DNA of 54,486 nucleotides, taken from positions 1 through 54,486 of IMG/VR virus record IMGVR_UViG_3300031957_002087; one strand, 5' to 3'. Each line of letters starts with the position of its first letter. Position 1 is the stretch's first letter. Below the pieces are notes generated by a model, which was not told the DNA's origin, did not search any database, and worked only from the letters and a program-made list of their open reading frames with translations. This document shows, in pieces, positions 1-7,826 of this stretch. This DNA is from a virus. Taxonomy: Duplodnaviria; Caudoviricetes. The position numbers and the translations under genes were made by a program.

Positions 1-21
1 GCAAGGCTCGAAGGCGGGAAC

Positions 22-318
22 ATGCAGATGGTCGCCGTCAAGCGGCTTGGCCTGACCGCTCTTCAGGCGCGGATATTCTGCCTTCTCGTCCAGCGCGGCG
101 AGGCCAGCCACGAAGTGCTGATCGACGCCAGCTATGACGTCCACTGGCAGGCCATGATGGGCGACACGATGTCGGGCCTGCGCACGGCGGTGAAGCACAT
201 GCGCAAGCGCATCAGGCCGCTCGGCATCGACGTGCAGACGATCTACGCGCTCGGCTACGCCATGTCCGACCAGAACCGCGCCCGCGCCCGGCAGATCATG
301 GAAGGCGCGGCATGCTGA
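22..318 (+). CDS. Winged-helix (Trans_reg_C-like) DNA-binding protein; true start may lie upstream of the window
   Basis: GLTALQARIFCLL...LRTAVKHMRKRIRPLGIDVQTIYALGY matches an OmpR-type wHTH pattern. Confidence 0.65.
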   Translation: MQMVAVKRLGLTALQARIFCLLVQRGEASHEVLIDASYDVHWQAMMGDTMSGLRTAVKHMRKRIRPLGIDVQTIYALGYAMSDQNRARARQIMEGAAC

Positions 319-923
319 TCCTTGGCCTCGATCCATCGCAGAAAACCGGCTGGGCTTTCTACGACACGCGCGCCTCGCTGTCGGCCATTCGCTGCGGCGT
401 CATCAAGGCGGTCGGTGAGAAAGGCCAGTTTGAGGAAATGGCCGGGACGCTCGGTCACGCCCTGATGAAGCTGATCAAGGAACACGGCAAGCCGGACTTC
501 GCGGTCGTAGAGAGGGCGCCGCGGCAATCCGCCGGAACCTACGGCGGGAAAAGGGGCGCGTCAGCCGTCAAGTTCATGGGTGAATCGATTCCCGCCCAAA
601 ATGGCGAAGCCGAAGAAGGCGGAGGCGGGCTCCAATCCACTCTGTCGACAAACCAGATGGCGGCTGCGCTCTGCAGCATCCTTGGCGCCTATCAAATCCC
701 CTACGAAACCATCGCCGCGCAGGGATGGCGCAAGCACGCCTACGGGTTCGGAACCCGGAAGGGATGGCAGCGCAAGGACTGGAAACGACATGCCCGCGAG
801 CAATGCGCCAAGCTGAAAATCACGGCGACCAATGATGACCAGGCGGAGGGATGCTGGATCGCATTCGCGGGTGCCTCCTGCCAGACGCTCAAGCTCATGG
901 AAGCCCGGAGGGCCGCAGCGTGA
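312..923 (+). CDS. RuvC-like Holliday junction resolvase
   Basis: N-terminal MLILGLDPS..TGWA, VVE motif, C-terminal NDDQAEG. Confidence 0.75.
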   Translation: MLILGLDPSQKTGWAFYDTRASLSAIRCGVIKAVGEKGQFEEMAGTLGHALMKLIKEHGKPDFAVVERAPRQSAGTYGGKRGASAVKFMGESIPAQNGEAEEGGGGLQSTLSTNQMAAALCSILGAYQIPYETIAAQGWRKHAYGFGTRKGWQRKDWKRHAREQCAKLKITATNDDQAEGCWIAFAGASCQTLKLMEARRAAA

Positions 924-1459
924 ACTACCCCACATCCGATCGCGCTCGAATACTCTTCGACTATGACCCGGACGTCGGCGTTTTCGTCTGGCGGTGGCGC
1001 CCAAGATTTGAGTTCCGGCACGAGAGAGACTGGAAGGCGTTCTTGAGCCGATATTCAGGGCGAATTGCTGGTCACCTGTGTACCGATGGCTATTGGTACA
1101 TCACCGTGGATCGATGCCGCATCGGCGCACATCGCGTTGCGTGGATGTACTGCTACGGCGAAGAGCCAAACCATGTCGATCACATCAATGGCGACACATC
1201 TGATAACCGCATTGCCAATTTGCGGTCCGTCACACCGATGGAAAACGCGAGGAATCAAGCACGGCGAGTAAACAACAAGACCGGGACGACAGGCGTCTGT
1301 TGGGCCAAAGATGAGGAAAAATGGTCGGCCTATATAAACACTGGCGGCCGACAAGTGCGAATTGGCTATTTCAGGGATTTTGAGGAAGCAGTCGAAGCCC
1401 GCAAGGCAGCGGAAGAAGAGCATGGCTACCACCCCAATCATGGGAGGTCGTCGCTTTGA
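920..1459 (+). CDS. HNH endonuclease with C-terminal AP2-like domain
   Basis: AHRVAW...VDHINGDTSDNRIANLR; NNKTGTTGVCW...W.AYI...IGYF. GTG start at 920 overlaps the upstream stop. Confidence 0.9.
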   Translation: MNYPTSDRARILFDYDPDVGVFVWRWRPRFEFRHERDWKAFLSRYSGRIAGHLCTDGYWYITVDRCRIGAHRVAWMYCYGEEPNHVDHINGDTSDNRIANLRSVTPMENARNQARRVNNKTGTTGVCWAKDEEKWSAYINTGGRQVRIGYFRDFEEAVEARKAAEEEHGYHPNHGRSSL

Positions 1460-2910
1460 ACTTTCACCCCCGCCAGTTCACCATGCCCGACGCCATCGAG
1501 GCGGAATGCGCCTTGCTCGGAGCCATCCTGAGCGACAACAGCCTGTATTGGCAGGTCGCTGGCTATCTGAAGCCGCATCACTTCATGGAGCAGCCTCACC
1601 CGAAGCTATTCGAGATCATCGGGGAGATGCTGGCCGAAAAGCGCGTGGTCAACTGCCTGTCGCTGAAACCATACCTGCCGGCAGACGTAAAGGTCGGGGA
1701 CTTCCCGACGCTCTTTGCCTACCTGGTGCATCTGGAAGCCTATCGGCCGGGCGACTTCGCGGTAGAGGCGACGGCCAGAGCCATACTCGACAACTGGGCG
1801 CAGGTCACGGGCATAGCCCGGATGCAGGACGGCATTTCGATGCTGGTCACGCTGCCGGCCAATACCTCGCCAAGACAGGTCATGGCCGATGTTCAGTCAG
1901 AACTCACCCTGATCGGCAACGAGATCGGGGAAGGCTCGACCGCAGTCACCATGGCGGATGCCATCGGGCAGGCCATGGCGTCGATCGATGATGCGTTCAA
2001 GTTCAAGAAGCGGGCGGGAATCTCCACGGGAATAGAGGCGGTAGACCAGCTAACAGGCCCGTGGGAGCCCGGACAGCAGATCATTATCGGAGGCGGAAGT
2101 AAGCAAGGGAAAAGCGCGTTGGCCATGCAATGCGCGATTGGGCTGGCCGCACACGGAACGGTGTGGGTCTATTCCGGTGAGATGTCGATCAAGCAGGTAG
2201 CCATGCGTGAGATCGCGCGACGGACTGGCATTCCGGTGTCGCGTCAGAAGGAGGGCCGTGTTTCGCAAACCGAGTGGGAGAAACTGCACCGGGTCCAAGA
2301 GGAAGTGCAGCGCCTCCCGATCCTGATCGAGAAGAAGCGGCTCACCCTCGACCAGATACACAGCCGCGCCCGCGAAATCAAAATGAAGCAGGGACTGGCC
2401 GCAATCGTCATCGACTATATCGGGCTATTGGCGTGGGGGAGACACTTCGAGCGGAAAGAAGATTGGGAGAAGTGCCAAATCGCGACGTTGGAATTGAAAC
2501 TGATCTACGAGGATTTGGGTGTCCCCGGCATATCCATCGCTCAGTTGAAGAAGAACACATTCGTTAGCTCTTACACCGGAAGTTTCTCGACCAAGATGCG
2601 CGAGGCGATCAACCGGCGCCCGAAATACACAGACCTCATGGGCGCGGTGGAGCGGGATGCGGATCATGTGCTGATCCCGTTCAATGCCCGGCCGATCATC
2701 GCCACGCTCGAGCCCGAGCAGGGCAGCGACGACTATCTCGTCTGGGAAGACCGGATGCGCGAGCATGAGAACCGCGCCGAGATCATCCTTGCCCTGTCGC
2801 GTGAGCAGCGGTTTCCAGAACGCCGTCAGGTCGAATGGCATGGCGAGACGACGAGCTTTGGCCCGGCCTTCGTAGGCAAGCAGGAATCGCTCCTGCCGGA
2901 GGGCATCTGA
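1456..2910 (+). CDS. dnaB: DnaB-like replicative helicase
   Basis: EAECALLGAIL N-domain, GISTGIEAVD, Walker A GGSKQGKS, SGEMS, Walker B IVIDYIGLL, ERDAD. Confidence 0.9.
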   Translation: MNFHPRQFTMPDAIEAECALLGAILSDNSLYWQVAGYLKPHHFMEQPHPKLFEIIGEMLAEKRVVNCLSLKPYLPADVKVGDFPTLFAYLVHLEAYRPGDFAVEATARAILDNWAQVTGIARMQDGISMLVTLPANTSPRQVMADVQSELTLIGNEIGEGSTAVTMADAIGQAMASIDDAFKFKKRAGISTGIEAVDQLTGPWEPGQQIIIGGGSKQGKSALAMQCAIGLAAHGTVWVYSGEMSIKQVAMREIARRTGIPVSRQKEGRVSQTEWEKLHRVQEEVQRLPILIEKKRLTLDQIHSRAREIKMKQGLAAIVIDYIGLLAWGRHFERKEDWEKCQIATLELKLIYEDLGVPGISIAQLKKNTFVSSYTGSFSTKMREAINRRPKYTDLMGAVERDADHVLIPFNARPIIATLEPEQGSDDYLVWEDRMREHENRAEIILALSREQRFPERRQVEWHGETTSFGPAFVGKQESLLPEGI

Positions 2911-3269
2911 TGGCCAAGAAGCCCAACGGCGAGCCCCACGTCAGCACGATCAACTTCGGAACCTACTACTGCGCCCTGTGGCGGTGGGACGATGAAGAGC
3001 CGTGGAAGTTCCTCAACAACAAGACCGGGGAGCGGCGGCAGTTTCCATCGGTTCGGGCAGCCATCAAGGAAACCATCCGCATCAAGTGCCGGGCGAAGAG
3101 CCAGCGGGTGACGGCGGATGACGACGAGTTCGGCATTCAAGCTTGGCGGGCAGAGAAGGACCGTGAGGCCAGGGAAGAGCGGGAACGGGTGTTTGGCGCG
3201 ATCGACCGTCCGACGCTGGTGTTCAGCAACGGGCGGGTCGTGCCGGTAGAGAGACGGAGGATCGCATGA
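2910..3269 (+). CDS. Hypothetical protein
   Basis: TGATG coupling to dnaB; GC3-biased codons. Confidence 0.7.
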   Translation: MAKKPNGEPHVSTINFGTYYCALWRWDDEEPWKFLNNKTGERRQFPSVRAAIKETIRIKCRAKSQRVTADDDEFGIQAWRAEKDREAREERERVFGAIDRPTLVFSNGRVVPVERRRIA

Positions 3270-3550
3270 GCTATGCAAGCTGGCATGTCGGGATGGAAGT
3301 CGTCTGCATAAAGCGCGAACCGTGGGTGCTTGTGGATGGCCCGCTTGAGGCGCGCCCCCTCCCGCAATATGGCGAAATTTGCACCATCGCGGGTCTGGAC
3401 GTCCATCAGGACCAGTTTTTCGTGGCCCTCACCGAGTATGGAGGCGGCTATTTCCTTGCTCAGTATTTCCGCCCCGTCCAGAAGCGCAAGGCCGACATCT
3501 CCATCTTCACCGCCCTCCTGAACACGACCAAGGAGCGCGAGCCGGCATGA
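3266..3550 (+). CDS. Hypothetical phage protein
   Basis: GGAGG RBS, ATGA overlap. Confidence 0.7.
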   Translation: MSYASWHVGMEVVCIKREPWVLVDGPLEARPLPQYGEICTIAGLDVHQDQFFVALTEYGGGYFLAQYFRPVQKRKADISIFTALLNTTKEREPA

Positions 3551-3735
3551 GCAACCAAGAGCAGATCGCGCGCGGCGCGGACTTGACTGAACAAGACATA
3601 GCCTTGATCGCCGAAGACGTCTGCGCAGTGACATGGTGGTGTATGCGCAACCGGATCAAGAGGCTGGATCAGTCGGAGCAGGTTAAGCGGGCCATCGAGG
3701 CGCGGCTGGGCCGCCGGCCGTTGGTGGTCGAATGA
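3547..3735 (+). CDS. Hypothetical protein
   Basis: ATGA overlap, AAGGAG upstream. Confidence 0.55.
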   Translation: MSNQEQIARGADLTEQDIALIAEDVCAVTWWCMRNRIKRLDQSEQVKRAIEARLGRRPLVVE

Positions 3736-4073
3736 TCACCTGCCCCTGCTGCCATCGCCCCATGGAGGGGCACACAGCGCCGTTGGAGGTCTTGTCCGAA
3801 GTTCCGGCCCGTGGACAGGTCCGCCGCGTCCTGACGGCCCTCTGTGAAGCCTACCCGCGCACCACGACATCGAAGGCGATAGCCGACGATCTGTTTGCCA
3901 GCGACCCGGACGGCGGCCCCATGGACCCGCTGGACGCGGTTCACACCATCATCCGCAAGCTGCGCAAGCGCCTGCCGGACTACGGCTGGACGATAAGCGA
4001 CGGGAAACAACAGGGAACCAAGGGCCGCTACCGGCTGGAGCCGGCCGGCGCCATGCGCAAGGAGATCAAGTGA
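3732..4073 (+). CDS. Winged-helix DNA-binding protein with N-terminal CPCC
   Basis: DPDGGP...VHTIIRKLRKRL...GRYRL wHTH pattern. Confidence 0.7.
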   Translation: MITCPCCHRPMEGHTAPLEVLSEVPARGQVRRVLTALCEAYPRTTTSKAIADDLFASDPDGGPMDPLDAVHTIIRKLRKRLPDYGWTISDGKQQGTKGRYRLEPAGAMRKEIK

Positions 4074-4285
4074 TGGACGACAAAAACGCGCTCGCAGAGA
4101 TTAGGCAGATGGTCCGCAGTTTGTCCGACGAACACAAGTCGCTTGGCATCCTGTCATTCCAAAGGAAGCGGGACATTCTCCTTGTCCAGAAAGCACTTGT
4201 AGAACTGCACTACAGGCTTTGCATGAAGGCCGTGGAATCCAACGTTGTCAGGGTCCGCATCCTCTCCAAAGCAGGAAACGACTGA
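4073..4285 (+). CDS. Hypothetical protein
   Basis: AAGGAG RBS, coupled to upstream stop. Confidence 0.55.
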   Translation: MDDKNALAEIRQMVRSLSDEHKSLGILSFQRKRDILLVQKALVELHYRLCMKAVESNVVRVRILSKAGND

Positions 4286-4876
4286 ATGGCTCGTCGCCGC
4301 AAGAAGGACACCAAGGGCCGGAAGGCCGCGCCGATCACGCTGGCGCCGGTCAACCTGTCCGCAAACATCAAGGCCGAGCTCGTCCCGGTCGAGGTGGAGA
4401 ATCCGCTGTGGTCCCGAGACCACGACGGCGACAAGACAAACCAGAGACGCATAGGGGCCATGGTCAACCTCAACGAGAGCGCCATCACCAGGCTTGCAGC
4501 CAAAGGAGCGATCGACAACGCCCAGGCGCGGGCTGCGATCCGCTTCAGGCAACTGTGGGAGAGGATGGGCGGGGCGGGCGCTGGAGCCATGGACTATTCC
4601 CGCACCTTCGTCGACGGCGGCAAGACGCCAGATCCGATCTCCGAACACCAGATGGAGGCCGGCCGGACACTGAAGGCCGCGGAACAGGCCCTGCGCAAGG
4701 AACACGGGCTCTACGCCTACAAGCTGGTCTGCTATATCTGCGGCGAGGGATACTCGATCTATGACCTCACCGAGACCCGCCGGCAGCGGGACACCATGAC
4801 CGACCTGCTGCGCATGTATCTGGACGTTCTGGCCGGTCTGTGGGGCATGGCGAAGCGAGAGAGGAAAAGGGTATAA
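4286..4876 (+). CDS. Putative late transcription regulator (Q/DUF6456-like HTH)
   Basis: GAIDNAQARAAIRFRQLWE...LVCYICGEGYSI..L pattern; last early gene before the packaging module. Confidence 0.55.
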   Translation: MARRRKKDTKGRKAAPITLAPVNLSANIKAELVPVEVENPLWSRDHDGDKTNQRRIGAMVNLNESAITRLAAKGAIDNAQARAAIRFRQLWERMGGAGAGAMDYSRTFVDGGKTPDPISEHQMEAGRTLKAAEQALRKEHGLYAYKLVCYICGEGYSIYDLTETRRQRDTMTDLLRMYLDVLAGLWGMAKRERKRV

Positions 4877-4880
4877 TCAC

Positions 4881-4897
4881 TGTTGCAATTTGCAACA
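4881..4897. promoter_or_regulatory. Palindromic operator overlapping a probable -35 (TTGCAA) of the Y RNA/rsr promoter
   Basis: TGTTGCA-ATT-TGCAACA, a perfect 7-bp inverted repeat about 20 nt upstream of the first Y RNA. Confidence 0.55.
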
Positions 4898-4917
4898 TGG
4901 TCTGCCATATGAGTTTC

Positions 4918-4989
4918 AGCCAATCGTGGTGAAGGTGACGGTTACTTCTTCTGGTGAAACGGACCGTTTCCGCTTGTTCCCGAATGGTT
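4918..4989 (+). ncRNA. Short Y RNA (YrlB-like)
   Basis: 5'/3' ends pair (AGCCA..TCG/CGA..TGGTT). Shares CGTGGTGAA, CGGTTACTYC, ACCG and GTTCCCG with the adjacent YrlA. Upstream of the Ro60 gene. Confidence 0.65.
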
Positions 4990-4992
4990 CAA

Positions 4993-5132
4993 AACCGCAG
5001 GCGTGGTGAAAGAAGTCGGTTACTCCTTGCTAAGGACGAGGTCGCGGGTTCGAGCCCCGTCATCGGGAAACCGATGTAGCTCAGTTGGTAGAGCGCGTAA
5101 AACACCGGGTTCGTCCGTTCCCGCCTGCGGTT
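4993..5132 (+). ncRNA. yrlA: YrlA-type Y RNA (permuted tRNA-like domain on a Ro60-binding stem)
   Basis: Closing stem AACCGCAGGCG/CGCCTGCGGTT. The T arm GCGGG-TTCGAGC-CCCGT precedes a GAAA-capped acceptor stem (CATCGG/CCGATG) and the D arm TAGCTCAGTTGGTAGAGC. Ends 28 nt upstream of the TROVE gene. Confidence 0.9.
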
Positions 5133-5160
5133 CTGACCTTTCGGCGCATAGGAGAAAGAC

Positions 5161-6462
5161 ATGCGCCTGAATATCGCAACTGCCCAGCCCAAGATCTACA
5201 CCGCCGAAGGTGGCCCGGCCAAGCGTATCTCGCCCGAGGCCGCGCTTCGCCGCTCCGTGCTGTCCTGCCTCCTATGGGAGAAGGAGTTCTACGAGGACGG
5301 CAAGGACATCGTTGCCCGCATTTCCGAGAACGCCGCGCAGGTCTCCAAGGAGACGGTCGCCGCGCTCGCGGTCGAGGCGCGCACCGTGCATGGCCTTCGC
5401 CACGCTCCCCTGATCCTGCTGCTCGACCTGATCCGCCGTGGCGGGCCGGGAGTGGCCGATGCCGTCGACGGCACGATCCGCCGCGCCGACGAGCTCGGCG
5501 AACTGGTCGCGCTCTACTGGCGTGATGGCCGCAAGATGCTGCCGCGCCAGATGAAGGCGGGACTGGCCAAGGCGTTCGGCCGCTTCAACGAGTATGCCCT
5601 TGCCAAGTATGACCGCGACGGGCCGGTGAAGCTGCGTGACGTGCTGTTCATGGCGCATCCGAAGCCGAAGGACGAGGACCAGGCCGCGCTGTTCAAGCGC
5701 ATCGCCGAGCGCCAGCTTGCCACCCCCGACACTTGGGAGGTGGCTCTGTCGGCCGGCGCCAGCAAGAAGGAGTCGTTCGAGCGGCTGATCCGTGACGGGA
5801 AGCTCGGCTATCTCGCCCTGCTGCGCAACCTGCGCAACATGGTCGAGGCTGACTGCGACCGCGATCTGATCGCGCAGGCCATCGTTGCCCGCAAGGGTGC
5901 TGATCTGGTCTGGCCTTTCCGCTACGTGGCGGCGGCGCGCGCGGTTCCGCAGTTGGAGCCGTTCATCGACCAGGCGCTTTGCGAGGCCGTAGCCTCCGGG
6001 CCCCGCCTGCAGGGTGTGACGGCCATCCTTGTAGACGTCTCCAGCTCGATGAACTCGCCCCTGTCGGCAAGGTCGGACATGACCCGCATGGACGCGGCTG
6101 CTGCCCTGGCATCGGTCGTGAACGGCGATGTCCGCGTGTTCACGTTCTCGCATCAGGTTGTCGAGGTTCCGCCTCGCCGTGGCATGTCAGGCGTCGACGC
6201 GGTGATCCGCTCGCAGCCGCACGGCTGGACGTATCTCGGCGCCGCCGTCGATGCGGTCAACCGTCAGGTCAAGCATGACCGCCTGATCGTCATCTCCGAT
6301 GAGCAGACGGCGGATCGCGTTCCTGATCCGGTTGCCCGACACGCCTACATGATCAACGTCGCTTCCAACAAGAACGGCGTCGGCTACGGAAGGTGGACCC
6401 ACATCGACGGCTTCTCCGAGGCTGTGATCCGGTTCATCGCGGAATCCGAGAATGACAGGTGA
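5161..6462 (+). CDS. rsr: Ro60/Rsr TROVE-domain RNA-binding protein with vWA domain
   Basis: LLWEKEFYEDG, FNEYALAKY, LRDVLFMAHPKP, TPDTWEVALS, LGYLALLRNLRN, MIDAS DVSSSM, GFSEAVIRFI; AGGAG RBS. Confidence 0.95.
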   Translation: MRLNIATAQPKIYTAEGGPAKRISPEAALRRSVLSCLLWEKEFYEDGKDIVARISENAAQVSKETVAALAVEARTVHGLRHAPLILLLDLIRRGGPGVADAVDGTIRRADELGELVALYWRDGRKMLPRQMKAGLAKAFGRFNEYALAKYDRDGPVKLRDVLFMAHPKPKDEDQAALFKRIAERQLATPDTWEVALSAGASKKESFERLIRDGKLGYLALLRNLRNMVEADCDRDLIAQAIVARKGADLVWPFRYVAAARAVPQLEPFIDQALCEAVASGPRLQGVTAILVDVSSSMNSPLSARSDMTRMDAAAALASVVNGDVRVFTFSHQVVEVPPRRGMSGVDAVIRSQPHGWTYLGAAVDAVNRQVKHDRLIVISDEQTADRVPDPVARHAYMINVASNKNGVGYGRWTHIDGFSEAVIRFIAESENDR

Positions 6463-6661
6463 GCAACTAAAGCAGGCCGGCATTCGGCTGTTTGGTGAGC
6501 GCGGGTGGCAATCCGCGCTCGCTCTGCATTTGGGGATCGATCGCACTCAGATATGGCGCTACGTGGCGAACAACAGTGTTCCCGGGCCGGTTGCCGCTGC
6601 CGTTGAGTGCTGGATAAGGAATGGCCCGCCTCCAATCAGTTCGGGGCCGAAACGATCTTGA
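6452..6661 (+). CDS. Small HTH (XRE-like) regulator
   Basis: WQSALALHLGIDRTQIWRYVANNSVPGPV helix-turn-helix; overlaps the rsr stop. Confidence 0.75.
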   Translation: MTGEQLKQAGIRLFGERGWQSALALHLGIDRTQIWRYVANNSVPGPVAAAVECWIRNGPPPISSGPKRS

Positions 6662-6676
6662 CTTCGCGCGCGTGAT

Positions 6677-6895
6677 ATGGCAGACATTCGCCACTTCCAA
6701 GAATTGCCAGCACGCACAGGCCGCACACAGCGGCCCTTTTCGCGTTCGGAGAGCCCCATGATCGGCCAGACCCTCCGTCACACCAAGTCCCGCATCAAGG
6801 GCGCGGTCGATATGGTCACGGTTCACCCCGACGGTCGGGCCCTGGCGCGCATCAAGGATCACTGGCTGTTCGTCGACGACCTCGAGGCGATCTGA
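6677..6895 (+). CDS. Hypothetical protein (start uncertain, possibly 6758)
   Basis: 3' part has typical codon bias (MIGQTLRHTKSRIKG...). Confidence 0.5.
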   Translation: MADIRHFQELPARTGRTQRPFSRSESPMIGQTLRHTKSRIKGAVDMVTVHPDGRALARIKDHWLFVDDLEAI

Positions 6896-7167
6896 GCCAC
6901 CCCCATTCCCGCTCCCCTAGTCTCCGCGGCTGCTGACGGCCAGCCGGGCACACCAAGTTCCGATGCCGGCGAGGGCAAAAATGGATCGGCCACCTCTCCG
7001 ATCCAGAGCGGGCCGCGAAAGCGGGGTCCATTGACGCTTAATCGGGACAAGCCGCAATTTCACAACCCATGAGTTGAACCCGCCGACATTCATGCTGGCG
7101 AAATGCCCTCTCACACGGGGGTTTTACCCACCAGCGGTTGAAATCGGCCCAAAAACCGAGACAAACG

Positions 7168-7272
7168 ATGTCAAAATTCGTGTGCTACACCAGTTGGTGC
7201 CGTTCAGGCCGCCGCTGCTGCCTCTGCGCGAACCGTAAGCGTATGGCCGGCGCCGCGCGCCGCGTCATCTGA
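7168..7272 (+). CDS. 34-aa Cys/Arg-rich small ORF coupled to terS
   Basis: MSKFVCYTSWCRSGRRCCLCANRKRMAGAARRVI; TGATG overlap with the terS start. Confidence 0.4.
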   Translation: MSKFVCYTSWCRSGRRCCLCANRKRMAGAARRVI

Positions 7273-7826
7273 TGCCAGTCCTTCCAAACCCCAAGCATGA
7301 GGCGTTCGCTCAGGGCCTCGCAAAGGGCCGGACGCAAGCCGAAGCCTATGCGGACGCCGGGTTCAAGCCCAATGACGGCCACGCCGCGCGGCTGGCAGGA
7401 AATGGTATGGTCTCGGCACGGGTCCGCGAGTTGCAGGAAAAGACCGCCGCCATGGCCGAGATCGACATCATGTCGACGCTGCGGGAGATGGTGAGGATCG
7501 GTCACTCCGACCTGCGTAGGGCCTTCGACAAGGACGGCCGGGTGAAGCCGCCGAAGGACTGGGACGACGACTTCGCGGCCGCCGTATCGTCTGTCGAGGC
7601 CACGACCACGGTGAAGGATGACAAGGCCGAGACGGTCTACAAGATCAAGCTGTGGGACAAGAACAGCGCGATCGAGAAGATCGCCAAGCACCTGGGCATG
7701 TTCATTGAGCGGTCCGAGGTGACGGTGACGCATGTCTACCATGAGATGAGCGACGACGAGCTCGACCGCGAATTGCAGAACCAGTTCCTGACCGACAAGA
7801 GCAACGCGGTCCAGACGTCGCACTGA
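7272..7826 (+). CDS. terS: Terminase small subunit
   Basis: LPNPKHEAFAQGLAKG..Q.EAY..AG HTH, KIKLWDKNSAIEKIAKHLGMF; directly upstream of TerL. Confidence 0.9.
   Translation: MPVLPNPKHEAFAQGLAKGRTQAEAYADAGFKPNDGHAARLAGNGMVSARVRELQEKTAAMAEIDIMSTLREMVRIGHSDLRRAFDKDGRVKPPKDWDDDFAAAVSSVEATTTVKDDKAETVYKIKLWDKNSAIEKIAKHLGMFIERSEVTVTHVYHEMSDDELDRELQNQFLTDKSNAVQTSH

Noticed and set aside
5025-5098. Canonical tRNA gene
   Set aside because: The T arm precedes the D arm, the acceptor is closed by GAAA and there is no CCA end; this fits YrlA
6658-6690. Late promoter at TTGACT
   Set aside because: A plausible -35 but no recognisable -10; cannot be supported from sequence alone
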